Below are positions 39,601 through 53,790 of a DNA stretch of 64,000 nucleotides, piece by piece. The notes beneath the pieces are model-generated. The model was not told the DNA's origin. It made no database searches and saw nothing but the letters and a program-made list of their open reading frames with translations. The translations under genes and the position numbers were made by a program. The stretch comes from Lama glama (lineage: Eukaryota). The number at the start of each line of letters is the position of its first letter. Position 1 is the first letter of the stretch. The stretch lies in NCBI GenBank assembly GCA_028534125.1, contig CM052816.1, forward strand, positions 89,158,001 to 89,222,000, given 5' to 3'.

Positions 39601-42600
39601 TGGTAGCCACTTGTGGCTTGTTATTTTTCCTGTTCATTCTTAAATTTTCTCTCATTCTACTCTGATTTTTTTCAACTTTGATTCTTCTATCTGTATTTGC
39701 AACTTGTGATACTCATTATAGGTGATAAAATATAAAAGTGCCTCTGCCTCTCTCGTCTACAGTTTTGCCCAGCCACTCCGTCATATCTAAAGTTAAGAGC
39801 AAGATATCTCTTTAACTATCCTCTTAGGATATTTTTAAAAATAGTATAAAATCAATACAGGCGCAGGTTACAATGGATTTCAGTACATAGGTGGATAAAA
39901 TTTAAATTATCCCACCACCTTCACCAGATGATGAAATTGTTAACATTGTTAACGTATTAAGATAGGCATTCTTTCTGCATTTTTTGTTGTTGTTGTTGTT
40001 GTTGATGCTTATTTCTACAATGCTACAGTCGGTTTTGATAGCTCCATTTCTTACCATTCGGCCACTGTCAGGACATAATGAGCCCATTCGCTCACTATCC
40101 CTCTAAACTTCACTTGTCTGCATTTTACAAGAATATCTATAATTCCCAAGAACTCTTTTTTCTGAAATTATTACTTTTCCTAAGAGACACTTCTTGTTTT
40201 GGTCGATGTAGTTTTCAAACGTGTATGTATTTGAAAAAAAAAAAAAAGAAAATTTGAAAAACAGGTGTTTAGCTTGTCTATATTCTGTTTGCTCTCTAGA
40301 ATTCTGTTCAGATTGATCATCTTGGTCTTTTCCTTCTTCTGTATGTTTTCTTTAAATGTATGGTGATTTTTATTCCAACATAGTTATGAATTAGGGACGT
40401 GTTTAAGATAAATCTCTGCAGGGTTTTTTCTACAGTTGTGCTCCGCTGTTTCCCAAATATGGCAGCCCAGTTTGGGAAATTTTTTATTTACCCAGAAAAT
40501 ATTTCACCATCTTCCAAACATGGATTGATATGTCTAGATTTACTCTCGAGTTTCTTGTTAAGTACACATTTATAGGACTTAAATCTTAATTGTTGCTTCT
40601 CTTCACATTGTTGAATCTCATATCTATAAAAATAGACAGAAAAATCAGTTTGTTTCTAAAGTTTTCACCTTTAATTTTTCTAAAATTAAGTTTATTATAT
40701 TAGCAAATACCAGCATGCAGTTGGAAAACAATATGTATTGTTCATATATATTAATTCAGAATTATAGTTGATCGAAATGCCAGATTAGGTGGTATTTTTA
40801 GAGTATTTACTAAATGCAGATAATGTAATAGAGCTTGAAATGAATGCAAAGATGTGGTAGCATCAAATTCTATGAATTAACTGATTATGTCTTCTAAAAA
40901 TAGACACTTTAAAGTGATAGCTATAATTTTAATAGTTTTATTTTAAAGTCCTCTTCAACTTTTTTTGTGTAAAAGATTTTCCTGAGAACAATTAGAACTC
41001 CAATAACTATATTATGTTTTGCATTCACCTCTCTACCCACCTTTCCCAAATACTCATATAACACAGAGACAAAAATCATAGTGGTCATACATTCCAATAT
41101 TCTGACTAGACTCTAGTGCCCCTGTTTTGGTGGCAAGACGAAAAGCTATGTCAGGATGACATAAAGCAATATACTGATTATCTGTGCTGCTCTCTAGTCT
41201 GCAAAGTAATCTACACCATTAAATCTACTTCAGGAAAGGAGCGATATCACTATGTCAAGGCTGAGGATGAACAGCAAAGTGGTTTCATTTTTCTGGCAGA
41301 GAAGAATATGTGTGGCATTCATTAGTTATGGTGTTGTCTGTAATTGTTTTAAAGCTCCAATCATTTGACTTCTTTTAAATGGAAATTTTCTGCCTACTGA
41401 GAAGGTCTACCAATGAACTATAATAAAAATTTACAAGCATAATTAACAAACCAGAGAAATTCCAAGCATTATTTATTGTCACTCTCTCCACTGTGTTGAG
41501 CCAGAATCATGTAAACTGATAGCAAGACTTTAAACCGCACACCATTTTATTAATTAATGGGTCTTTCCGTACGTGGGTATTAAACTCATTTATCCTTTGA
41601 TCTTATACTCAGTATTCTGTGCATAGATTTCTTGTATTTTTGTTATTTATTTAACTACACTCTCTAAGTAAGTTATAGGACATTCGTGAATGTTTTTAAT
41701 CATAGATATTCCAGGAGCTTAGAATACAGCTGAGGTTTTATGTTCCTTCACAGTAATCTCTGAGTAGTGTGCGTACCTTTCTGACTTGAAATCCAACGAT
41801 AGATATTTTAAGCATAGTGGCTTATGTCAAAGTCTTTCCTAGTAGATGAGTCTTTAGAAATATAACCCAAGTAATTGCTTTCCTTAGTAACGTAAGTAAG
41901 TACGTGTTCACCGATATTATTTCCCTGTCAGATAAGTGAAAGTGGAAAAATAGATACTTGTGTCTCAATTCAGATGGTGAAATTTCTGTAGATTTACTTT
42001 CTGTTTGAGAGCTCCTAGTTTCAAGCAGTTGAACCACCTTATAATTAAATTTCACTGTTGTGACAGATCTTCATTTCTTTGTCAGAATTGTCCCCCTACA
42101 TTCCTCTCATAGAGGTAGGTGTATTAATGGGGAGTGAATACACTATGGAATATGCAGTGGCCAGTTCTGTGTACTGCAAAAGTGCTAACAGCTTAAAACT
42201 GAAATGCCCTACAAGCAGTAGAATGCAGCTTCACGAGTTACTTCAGTAAAATACTTCTTGTTTTGAAATATGCATATTAACATTTGCCTCTTCTATGAAA
42301 TAAACCAAAGGGATCACATGTGCTAGTAAAGAATGAAGAGTGTTACGGAGAGAGCCATGTAATGTATTGGTGTGGTGTGTGTTTATGCATCTTGTATGTA
42401 TTTTGTCTTCAGATCCTCAGCAGGGCAGTGGAGACCCAAAAAGGGATCCGCAGACCAGGAGAAGTCTTGGGAGGCTAATCTGGGAGGCAGGATTATTAGG
42501 TTAGAGCTCAGCCTCTGCTGCGGTTAGAAATTAAAATAGACAAGATGATCATACAGAAGAATAACAAAATATTTTCATATATATACACACACATATAGAT

Positions 42601-43001
42601 ATTGTCTCTATGGTTCTTCATTTTTCAAATTAGTGAGTTGAGAATTAGTGAGTTGCTTTTGTGTTTAGAATGTAACAGATTTCATGACTTTGAAATGCCT
42701 CAGATTCCTAAATATTTATAACCATCTGGATACTTCTGAATGGTGAGAAGTCAAAAGCAAAGGAGAAAAATAACAAACAGCTGGAACCTTCCCTCCCACC
42801 CGCCCCACCCCCACTGCATAATTGAAAAACAGTCAGGATCCTAAAGTGCAAATGCATATTCTTCTTCAAAGTGTCAAAATGTGCTTACAGTGCAGTAATT
42901 TCAGCACTGCTAGAGGAGATGTATGTATTAACTCAGAGTTCAATACTCTATAAGATATAATAAGATGATACATCCAGTTTTATGATATCAGATCCCCATT
43001 T

Positions 43002-43212
43002 CTTTTTTCTTTTTTTTTTTTTTTTACTTTTTTTTTTTATTGAGTTGTAGTCAGTTTACAATGTTGTGTCAATTTCCAGGATAGAGCACAATTTTTCAGT
43101 TATACATGAACATGCATATATTCATTGTTGCATTCTTTTTCGCTGTGAGCTACCACAAGATCTTGTATATATTTCCCTGTGCTATACAGTATAATCTTGT
43201 TTATCTATTCTA
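43002..43212 (-). mobile_element. Young camelid L1 3' end with TSD
   Basis: Long poly-T then ATTGAGTTGTAGTCAGTTTACAATG...; TSD CAGATCCCCATTT (42989-43001) and CAGATCCCTATTT (43213-43225), 12 of 13 identical. Confidence 0.92.
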
Positions 43213-43232
43213 CAGATCCCTATTTAAATATA

Positions 43233-43447
43233 CAGATGAAACTTGAGCAATGTGGGTATTGGAGGTGTCCACCTCCTTGCAGTGGAAAATTCAAGTATGA
43301 CTTTATAGGAAGCCCTTCATAACCACGGTTCTGCTTCCGTGGATTCAACCAACAGTGGATCATGTGGTACTATAGCATTTACTCTTGAAAAAAATGCATA
43401 TAAGTGGACCAGCACAATTCAGACCTATGTTGTTCAAGGGTCAACTG
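43233..43447 (-). mobile_element. Tigger2-family MITE (TcMar-Tigger)
   Basis: Terminal inverted repeats CAGATGAAACTTGAGCAA and TTGTTCAAGGGTCAACTG, each flanked by TA; internal GTGGATTCAACCAAC. Confidence 0.85.
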
Positions 43448-43586
43448 TATTTTGGGTACAACTGTTTCTCAGGCACAACAAAGCAATCTCCAAATGAGGC
43501 AATTTCCCGAACACTTTCCAAATTCCTGAGGATAATATTAAAAGTAAAATACCTCACTTCAAATAAATATTGTCAATTATTAACAT

Positions 43587-44413
43587 TTTTTTTACATTTT
43601 TTATTGATTCATAATCATTTTACAGTGTTGTGTCAAATTCCAGTGTTCAGCACAATTTTTCAGTCATTCATGGACATATACACACTCATTGTCACATTTT
43701 TTTCTCTGTGATTTATCATAACATTTTGTGTATATTTCCCTGTGCTATACAGTGTAATCTTGTTTATCTATTCTACAANNNNNNNNNNNNNNNNNNNNNN
43801 NNNNNNNNNNNNNNNNNNNNNNNNNNNNNNNNNNNNNNNNNNNNNNNNNNNNNNNNNNNNNNNNNNNNNNNNNNNNNNNNNNNNNNNNNNNNNNNNNNNN
43901 NNNNNNNNNNNNNNNNNNNNNNNNNNNNNNNNNNNNNNNNNNNNNNNNNNNNNNNNNNNNNNNNNNNNNNNNNNNNNNNNNNNNNNNNNNNNNNNNNNNN
44001 NNNNNNNNNNNNNNNNNNNNNNNNNNNNNNNNNNNNNNNNNNNNNNNNNNNNNNNNNNNNNNNNNNNNNNNNNNNNNNNNNNNNNNNNNNNNNNNNNNNN
44101 NNNNNNNNNNNNNNNNNNNNNNNNNNNNNNNNNNNNNNNNNNNNNNNNNNNNNNNNNNNNNNNNNNNNNNNNNNNNNNNNNNNNNNNNNNNNNNNNNNNN
44201 NNNNNNNNNNNNNNNNNNNNNNNNNNNNNNNNNNNNNNNNNNNNNNNNNNNNNNNNNNNNNNNNNNNNNNNNNNNNNNTGCTTTTATTTCTTCTAGGAGA
44301 AAATTTTTGAAATGTATGTCAGATAATGTTTTGCCTATGTTTTCCTCTAGGAGGTTTATTGTATCTTGTCTTATGTTTAAGTCTTTAATCCATTTTGAGT
44401 TGATTTTTGTATA
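43587..44413 (-). mobile_element. Young L1 insertion spanning gap 2 (3'UTR plus ORF2 piece)
   Basis: Exact 14-bp TSD TCAATTATTAACAT at 43573-43586 and 44414-44427. The minus strand of 44279-44413 translates to [45 protein letters not shown], typical of late L1 ORF2. Confidence 0.92.
43779..44278. other. Assembly gap (500 N)
   Basis: Run of exactly 500 N. Confidence 1.
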
Positions 44414-46249
44414 TCAATTATTAACATATTTTTAAAGAGAAAAATGAATAAATACTAAAGAACATTGAAAGACTGAACCTTCTGGAATAATAATCTTTAA
44501 AAGATGCACTTGCTCCAGTTTTCTAATTTCTATTTTTAAGTAGAATAAAGTTTACTGTGCAACAGATATACAAGCTTTCATCCTCATTTATATTTATAGC
44601 ATTTGCATGTCTCACCCAAAGAGAAAAATGCTTAACTGATGTGCCACAACACTTGGCACACGCTGGGCCTCGCGCACTTGGAAGACATGTCGAATCTTGC
44701 CCACTGAGTCTCAGATTCCCTCTCAAAATTGTACTCAAGGATGCTACGGCCAATTGAAATCAGCAGACACTGACTTTGAAACCTTTCCACCCCAGATCTA
44801 ATCAAATACGCCAGGTGCACAGGAGCATGAGTTAAACTGATTCATTCTTAAAACAGCCAACCACTGTCACTGAACCAAAGCAATAAATAACCTAATCCAA
44901 GTGAGGGAAATGTATCCTGCTCATTTTATTTAGTGCATGGCGATAGGACTTTAGTAGAGAAGGGCTGGTTTGAAACTATTTGTGGGCTGGAAAACTTATG
45001 ATAAATATTTTGAGCCTTAGAGTAAAAGTAATATTTACCTTCTATTTATTAATATTTATATGCACTGTAAAATAGCACATTAAGTATCAAATATTTATTA
45101 TTTTCAGTAGCTATTTGTGGTCTTTTTTAATAATTAAAAGCAATGAATTGTTTCTTGATAAACTTTGTATGTTTTATCTAATAGCTTAAATTCCAGAGAG
45201 TAATTAACAAATATAATTAATAAGGAGAATTTTTTGGTCACAATTTTATTTAATATATTACATATCATGAGACAGAATTATCTTGATAGTTACTTTAAAG
45301 AAATATAAATCCAGGCTTTTTTTCCCTTTTATAACTGGGGGCAATTTGATACCAAAATTGATTAATTTGTAACCGTATTTTGTCCATTAAGCAAAGTTGA
45401 TGTTTTCTGGTTTGTATAAAAAATTGTAATAATCTTTTCCTATTTTCCGACAAAATTAAAGCAAAGGAATTCAATTTAAAAAGAAATGAATTATGTACTT
45501 ATTTTCAGGATTTTCTTTCCAATCTATATTCTAAAAAGAAAGATACTTTGACTTGCTTATATTTTTTATGGGATTTCAGGGGAATTTAACTCCCAAACCT
45601 ACACATGATTTCCAAATGGACAAGACTGAGCTGTGAGGGTGCAGGTCTAGCTTATATATTGTTAAGCACTTTAAAATAGGAGTAAGATATCACACATATA
45701 GGCCTCTGTGTCAAAGATTATGTCAGGAAGCAGGGAAGTGGCTGTAAACTCTAATCTGTCAAATACTTAGATGGGTTTCTGTTGTTGAGCCTTGAAAAGG
45801 AAAATAATGCACATGCCTCAGAACTTGTATTTCTTTTTCTAAATACAAGACTCAGATCTAAGTACAAGACTAAGGAAAACTCATTCTGAGGCAGAGATTT
45901 GGGGGAGATATCAATAACAGGCTTAGTTCTTTTATGCCTAAGGAAGAAACATCTTGAGAAAATAGCATATGATGATCACGGCTAATGTAATCTTTGATTC
46001 CACATATGTAGCTGTGCTTACTTTTGTTCATTAAACATAACTTACTTATGATTACAGGTAGGTCAGCCCTTCAATCACATCTGAAGAAGGACAACTTAAG
46101 TTGATGCATTGCTTAGAAATTAGTATTATGGAGGAGAGCAGTCTTGACCACTTTAATACAGATTGAACCTTCCATAGTCGGCTAGCTTTCTTGGACTTGC
46201 TTGAGTTCTTGAGCAAACTTTGGGCATATGGAATACATTTTCTTTACAC

Positions 46250-49200
46250 GTTTATTTTGAAATAATTACAGAAAGCTGAAAAAATACAGGGAGGTCCCAT
46301 ACATTCTTCACACTTCTCCAAATTTAATAGCTTGCATAAATATAGTACATTGTGAAATTCACATTTGTACAATCCACAAAGTATATTCAGATGTCAACAG
46401 CGATCTATGCATTCATTTGCATATGTGTGTATGGATAGTTCTGTGCAATTTTATCACATGTGTAGCTCTATGAAACTATAACAGCAATCAAGATGCAGAA
46501 TCAAAATTGTTCTGTTATCCAGGCTGCCTAGTGCTACAACTTTAAAGCTCTTCCAAATACAGATGTATATATATGACAACCCCTATACGTTTTCTATCTC
46601 TGTAATTACTTTTTTCCCCAAGGATATTATATAATTTCCTTTAGATCTTTCCAAGCTGTTGCATTTGTCAATATTTCATTCCACTTTATTGCTGAATAGT
46701 AGCCTATGGTATGGGTAACTCAGTTTGTTTAGCCATTCACCCATCAAAGGACATTCGGGTGGTTTTCACCTTTTGATTATTATGAATCAAGTTGCTATGA
46801 ATATTTGGGTATAGATTTTTGTGTAAACAGAAGTTGTTATTACTCAGGAATAAATGTTCATGAGTGAAATTGCTGCTTTTATAGGATAACGATATTTACA
46901 ATTTAAAAGAAACCCCTAGTCTATTCTCATGAGTGATCAAGCTTCTCCACATCCTTGCAAGCATATTTTTTTCATCCATTCTAACAGGTGTTTAGTGATA
47001 CTGCACTGTGGCTTTAATTTACGTTTCCTTGATGGCTAATGGTACTGGACATCATTTCAAGTGATTATGGGCTACGTGCATATCTTCTTCAGTGAGATGT
47101 TTGTTCATTTCTTTTGCTCATTTTCTAATTGGATTGTTTTTTTGTTTGTTCACTCTTGAGACTTGAGAGTTCTTTAAATAGTTTAGACACAAACCCTTTG
47201 TGAGATGTGTGATTTGAAAATATTTTCTACTGGTCTGTAATTTGTCTTTTTAGTTTGATAACAGGGGCTATTGAAGAACAATAGTTTTTAATTTCAATGA
47301 GGTCAAATTTGTTGACTTTTCCCATTATGCTTTTGTGCTTAAGTCTAACCAACTAAATAACTAACTAAATATATACATACATACATACGTACATAAATCT
47401 GGAGATTTTTTTTCCAATGTATTTTTTTTCTTCTATAAGTGTAGTTACAAAGCTTAGGTCATTGCCAGTATATATGCCTTCAGTGTATTTTCTGGCTTTA
47501 TTATCCTAGCTAGAACAGCCAGCATTACATTGAATCAGAGTGGTAAGAGCAAATATCCTTGCCCTGTTCCTGATATTAGGGTGAAAGTATTCAGTCTTAC
47601 ACCATAAATATAATGGGAGCTGTAGGTTTTGTTTGTTTGTTTGTTTGTAGACATGCTTTATCTAGCAGAGAAAGTATCTTCTAATCCTGGATTCCTAATG
47701 GTTTTATAATGAATGGATTAAGAGTTGCTTGAATATGTTTTCTGCATCAATGGATATGGTCATGATGACTTTTTTCTATATCCTGTTAGTATTTTGGTTA
47801 TACTGATTTTTGAATATTTAATCAACCTTACATATCTTGAATGAGCCCCAATTGATTATTATATACAATTTGTTTTATAGATTGCTGGGCTCAAGTTTGT
47901 TCTATTTTGTTGAAGATTTTTACATCTAAATTCATGAGAGATATTGGTCTGCAGTTTTCCTTTGTACTGTCTTTGTCTGGTTTTGCTATCAGGACAATAC
48001 TGGTTTTATGAAATATGTTTGAAAGTGTTACCTCCCCTTCTATTTTCTGGAAGAGATTGTGTAAAGTCGGTGTTAATTCTTCTTTAAATGTTTGGTAAGT
48101 TCCCTAGTAAGGTCGTCTTGGCTTGAAAATTTCTTTTTCGGTGTCCTTAGTTACTAATTCAATTTCTTTACTGAATATAGGGCTTCTCAGTTTCTTTATT
48201 TCATACTGGTTCAATTTAGTTCTTTATTATCCCTGTTTTAAAAATATAATTATCTTAAGTATTTTCTTTACATATAATTAGCACTGTATCAAGTGTTCTT
48301 ATTATTTTGATTCAGCAAATAAATATGCAAAAACGTATGAAGAGAAGGGTAGCCTACTGCACATATAGCTCAAAGTTTACCCATTCCATTGTCTCACTTT
48401 CCTTTCTTCCGTTAAATTTTGTTTTTGTTTAGAGTTCCTTTTAACCATGATTTAAGGGGTGTTCCACTGACAACAAATTCTTAGTTTACTTCTCTGCAAA
48501 TGTGTTTATTTCTCCCTTATTTCTGGAAAGATGGTTTTACTGAATATTGAATTCACAATTGACTTTTTTTTTCATTTTTGCACTTGAAATGTGTTGTGCT
48601 GCTTTCTTCAGACCTCTGTAGTTTCAGGTGAGTTGTCTGTTGTCATTCAAATTAGTATTCTCTGTAGGTAAAGATTATTTTTCTCTGGTTGCTTTTAAGA
48701 CTTATCTTTTTTGCTCTTACTTTTCAGTTCTTTAATTCTGATGTCTTTGTGTAGACTTCTTTGGGTTTATCCTATATGGGATTTAATAAGGTTCTTGAAT
48801 CTGTAAGTTTATATATTATTTATCTGGAGAGATTTCAGCACTATTTATTCAACTAATTTTTTCAGTTCTACACTCTTCATCCTTTTTTTTGCCACTGCAA
48901 TAACATCAGTATTAGATCTTTTCATGTTGTCCCCCAGATCCCTAGACCCCTGGGGCTCTGTTAACTTTTTTTAGGCTATTGGCTCTGTGTTGATTAGAAT
49001 AAATTCTTTTGACCTGTCCTGAAATGCACTGATTCTGTCATCTGTCATTTCCACTCTACTCTCAAGGATATCCAGTGTGTTTTTGTTGTCCTTATTATGT
49101 TTTTCAGTTCCATAAATTCACTTGGTGCTTTATATAACTGTTCTTTATTTGCCGAGATTTTCTATCTTTTCAGTTGTTTCAAGATAATTTATAAATGATT

Positions 49201-50080
49201 GTTGAAACATGTTTATGATGACTGCTTTGAAATCCTTGTCAAGTAATTTTAAGATCAGAGTCATCTCAATACTGGTATTAGTGGATTGTCTTTTCTCATC
49301 AAATCATGAATTTTCTTTTCCTTTGGGATGTCAAGAAAATTTGCATTTTGTTCTGGATATTTTGGATATGATGTTAGGAAACAGTCTATTTAAATCTACT
49401 TATTTTTTAAGCAGTTGCCCTTTTAGGATTAATGTGTATATTCTGGCATTCTTTGTGGCCAGAGGAATGGTTCCAACTTAATTGGAATAATATTCTCATA
49501 TCTGCTTTATTTATCTGGCACTGCTGGGTCTTTGGATTGATGGCTGATGGTCCTGCCTGAAGGATCACATGGTGTTTTCCTATTCCACCTGCCATTGGCT
49601 GGGGAGAGCATGTGAGAAGTCACTAGGTGTGGTTAACTCTCTTTCATTGGCAGAGGGCTGGCAGGTGCTGGGCCTGGGTCACCTCTAGGTGGAGCCCCAG
49701 AGACACCAGGCTCTGCCGCCACAAAGAATCAGCTCCACTGCCCTGGATGTGGAACTGGGGTGAGACCTCCCAACTGAACATCTGCTGGGCTTCTCCTTTC
49801 CCGGTCATTTGGCCAGAGAGGCAGGCTCCTCTTGTTTTGTTATTGATGGTTCCGAGTTGTAGACCTCTCTGGTGCCCAAGCTTGGATAAATGGTAAATAA
49901 AAAGAAAATCCAGGCAATTCACTATGATGCCATTTCTCAAATCCTGAAGTCCCTGACCAGGCACCTTTTTCTTTCTAGCTTTCAGAGCCCTTTCGTTGTT
50001 ATCTTTTGGATTATTTCCAGAATATTTAGTTGCATTTAGAAGGGAAGACTTGGGAAAAGTGAATCTGTGTCATCTCATCT
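46250..50080 (-). mobile_element. Large decayed L1MC-type element (3'UTR, ORF2 remnants, probable 5' region)
   Basis: L1MC-like terminus TTTATTTTGAAATAATTACAG...TGCAATTTTATCACATGTGTAG; ORF2 motifs ATCCTTGCCCTGTTCCTGAT and TTCATGAGAGATATTGGTCTGCAGTTTTC; further L1-like T-rich sequence to ~50 kb. It may be more than one element. Confidence 0.8.
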
Positions 50081-51439
50081 GGGCATGTGTCATACATGTT
50101 GAGGAAGTGAATATACCGTGTGTGTATCCAGATTAATCCATACCTGCTTAATATACAGCTATTAATTAGAGTTCATTTTCAACAAATATATTTAGTGAAA
50201 TGGGCAGAGGACAGAAAGATGACCTATACAAACAGAAACTACCATTATAAAGTGCAATGCATGTTCCAGATCTGCACAGTATTGAAAAGGGTTGGGATTC
50301 GTGTATTTCTGCTTCTCAGTCATACTAAGCAGTCACCACTAAAAGCAGAATCTTTGTATTAGAAATGATGAATCTAGTGTCATTATTAAATTATATGGAT
50401 TTTTAGGGACTCAGGTTCTTCTGAGTTTTATATTTTATTAAGTCTAGAGTTATGTTATTATTCCTCAGTTCCAAATTAAGGTTGAATAGGTAGACTTTGG
50501 AATTTTCGATTTCTAGTCAAATATCATTATATTAAGCAAGGTAAGTTAGTTAGACTTTTAGGTAAAAACAAAAGCTTGGTAACAAGTGTGTTATTGAAAT
50601 TCCATTACTTATTAGGAGGTTTAGTATGAGACCAAAACAATCATCTGGCGATTTATAAGAAATACGTTAAGGTAGAAAAGGAAAAAGGGAAAGATGTCAA
50701 GAGGTGTTTTCATTTCCACTTCTTCAACTCACTTAGACCTTTAAGTTATAAGAGAATATTATTTTGTTTTATTTTATTGGCTGATTTAGTTAACCTAGTT
50801 TTTACAATAGTTAGAATGCTTGAAGTCAGAATAAAGACATGTAACTACTCCTTCTCAGTAATACAAAATAACTAGTTAAAAACGCTGCCTATATTTCACT
50901 TCTTAAAGAATTTGTCTGTAAATTAACAAGTAATAAGATTTCTACAAAGAGTCTAGCACTGAACATTTTTTTTTAAGGGAAAAGTTTAAATACTTGCTTT
51001 GCTAGTTTTTCATGTTACTATTTAATTACAAATATAAGTTTGTAATGCTCTAAAATGTCAGGCATCAGGAAATGAAAATGTTTTTAAAAGTGTTCACTGG
51101 AAACTTTAAGAACTGATTCTCACAGATTCATAGAACATTATGCAATTTTTATAGACTGACATGAAAAAAAGGGTTAACTTGTTTGTTTTCATTTTCTTAA
51201 AAATTGGATCTTAAAATTTATGACAGATGATGGATCACAGGACTGTTATTCAAATATGACATTTAAATCACATCTCAGTGTCGAGCTTGGAATAGCTTTC
51301 ATATCTTGACAAGACTGGTTATTTACAATCTGAGCTCTATCTCTGTATTCATATGTTTGGGTTCATTCTGTATCTCCTTGAAATATTACGTTTAGCTTCA
51401 TGTTTCCTTTCAATTCACTTTGAAAACTGAATTACTTAG

Positions 51440-51690
51440 ATTGATACGGTATAGGGGAATGAAAATGTCATTTGGATTCAAGAGACCACATTCTGAATTT
51501 GAACTTCACCATTTAGCAACTGAATATGTACGTCAAAGCTTTTAACCTCTCTGATTCTTACATTTCTTAACTGAAAAATGAGGGCTGCCATCATTTCTGC
51601 CCTGTGTACCTCATGGACTTGTTTTGAGGATCAGGATGAGCTGAGATGATGTAAAGACACTGTGTGAATTACTGTATTATTATTATCATT
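51440..51690 (+). mobile_element. MIR SINE
   Basis: TTAACCTCTCTGATTCTTACATTTCTTAACTGAAAAATGAGG...TTGTTTTGAGGAT, the MIR core. Confidence 0.7.
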
Positions 51691-53199
51691 TGTAAAATTA
51701 TCTCCTTACAATAAACTAATCTACAAATGAGCTCATGCTGTCTTGAAGCATGTGTCTCATCGAGTAGAGATTGTCAAAAGGTACTCTGATCATCTATGTT
51801 ATGGCTACTCAGTCTCATTTCCAAATCCTGAAATTGGTGTGTGCTAGTAATTAATCCCCATCAATGGCAGAAATTTCCAGTTCAACTTCTGTCTTGATTG
51901 CTTCTGTCTGAAGGGTCAGGGCGTTTCTTGGTACTGTCTGTGCAACTGAGGTTTGCCTCATACTTTTGCCTTAACCTCTGTTTTCTACTCAAACTTTGCC
52001 CTGGCTTTTGATCTGATACCAAACCAAAGTCTTATTCCTTAATCTGTCTCCAGCAAGCTTCAAGGAAGGCAGGTCAACAAGAGGCAAAAACGTGACATCT
52101 GTCAGCCTTGTGGAATCCATTTGGAAGGACTCAGGTTGTGGGTTTGACTTATTTCAGGAAAATATTAGTCAAATGGTAGATTAAAAGCCAAAAATAATGA
52201 TCAAAATTACCCTTGAGAAAGTTTTAAAATGGACATGTTTTCTGTGGGAAATTTGAATACTTTATGGAAAGATAGCTCGTAAAATAAAGATCCTTCACCC
52301 TTAAATCCAGGGCCCGAGAGTCTCTTCTCAACGGCAATGTTTTCGTATTCGACTGTCAGTGATTCAGTAGCTGAGGTAGCCCGTACTTATTTTCCGGGGT
52401 CAAGGCTTTAAGCAGTTTGAGGCTGATTTAGCTTATTTCAGATAAGGATGAGAATCTGTTGAAGGGAAATCATATCTGACTCAATTCAGAAGAAGTAGCC
52501 TCACTGAATTCTGCAAATTCTTCTTCCAAAAAGGAGTCCATTTCCTCCTGAAATTTCAGTACCTTTGGCGCACGGGACCTCTGACCTTGGCACAGATAGT
52601 AACTATCTTGTTCCCTGCCTTAATATACTTCTTCATGCTGGACCATTGTTCAACCGATTTCTGTGTCTAATTTCCCATTTGAAATCCACCTCCCTGTTCA
52701 TGACCTCATGCCTTGGACCTTAACACAACTGCCATATCTAGGCCCACGTGGAACTCCAGGGGTTCAGTCTGAAGGGAACAGTACAGTGTTGTGAATGAGC
52801 ATGACTGGAAAGATAGGACATTCATATCAATCACAATTTCTCAATGTGCTGGAAATACATTCTTAGGTAATTATGTCAATAACTCACCCTCTTTCCTCAC
52901 TTGAAAAACAAAGGAGATAGCCAGGATGGCTGAGGAAGTTCTTAACATAATTAGGGGGCAGTTCAGAGTAGATGTTCAGATCAAGAGCAGTGAAGTCAGA
53001 CCATCTGTGTTCAATCCTGTCTCAACCACATGCTTATTGTATGACCTTTAAGAAGTTGTTAATTCTCTTTGAATCGTTTTGATTTTTAACACCCTTTTAT
53101 TATGGGAATAATATATTGAGAATATAGTGAATCCTGCAAAAAAATTAGAAATATAAAAGTAAACAAACAACCTAAGAATATAGACCCTGCATTCTGTGT

Positions 53200-53790
53200 C
53201 TTGAATTAAACTTGGGGAAAGATAAGCGAACAAACAATACAAAATAATTGCAGAGCATTATTTATTGGTAAATGCGATGAAGGAAATATACAGGTGCTTG
53301 GAGAAAAGGTACTGGAGGAGGGGCCTCGTGGTAAACAGGTGGTTGGAGAATCCCTCTGTGAGGCAGTGCTGTTGGAGGGTGCCACGAAAACTGAGAAGGA
53401 ACTAGAGCCTCTCAATATGTAGGCCAGCAGGCGTACGATTCAGGACGGGTCTTGATCAGTTGGAGGAAATGAAAAAAACTTGCATGAATGAGGTACAAAT
53501 AAGAGAATTTGGAGTTGTGTATAGGAATTGGCTTATATAGCGCTAGGTAAGCCAAATAATGAATTTGGATTTCTTTTTTCTAAATGCAGGTCCATGAAAA
53601 GGGTTGTGCCACCATCAGATACACCCTAGTATCTGGATGCATCATAGCGGTCTGGTTGATGTGCAGAGAATGGGATGGGGGACACTAGCTGAAGACTGAA
53701 CATCTTTAGTTAGGAGAATAATGTAATGACTTAAGAGAGAGATGGTTCTGGTGTAGACTAGAAGATGGCAGAGGAGATGGGGACATATGG
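53200..53790 (-). mobile_element. L2 fragment
   Basis: GGTAAATGCGATGAAGGAAATATACAGG, GAATTTGGATTTC...TAAATGCA, AAGAGAGAGATGGTTCTGGTGTAGACTAG. Confidence 0.65.

Noticed and set aside
43630..44310. ORFs of 184-226 aa
   Set aside because: They are gap read-through on the antisense strand of an L1.
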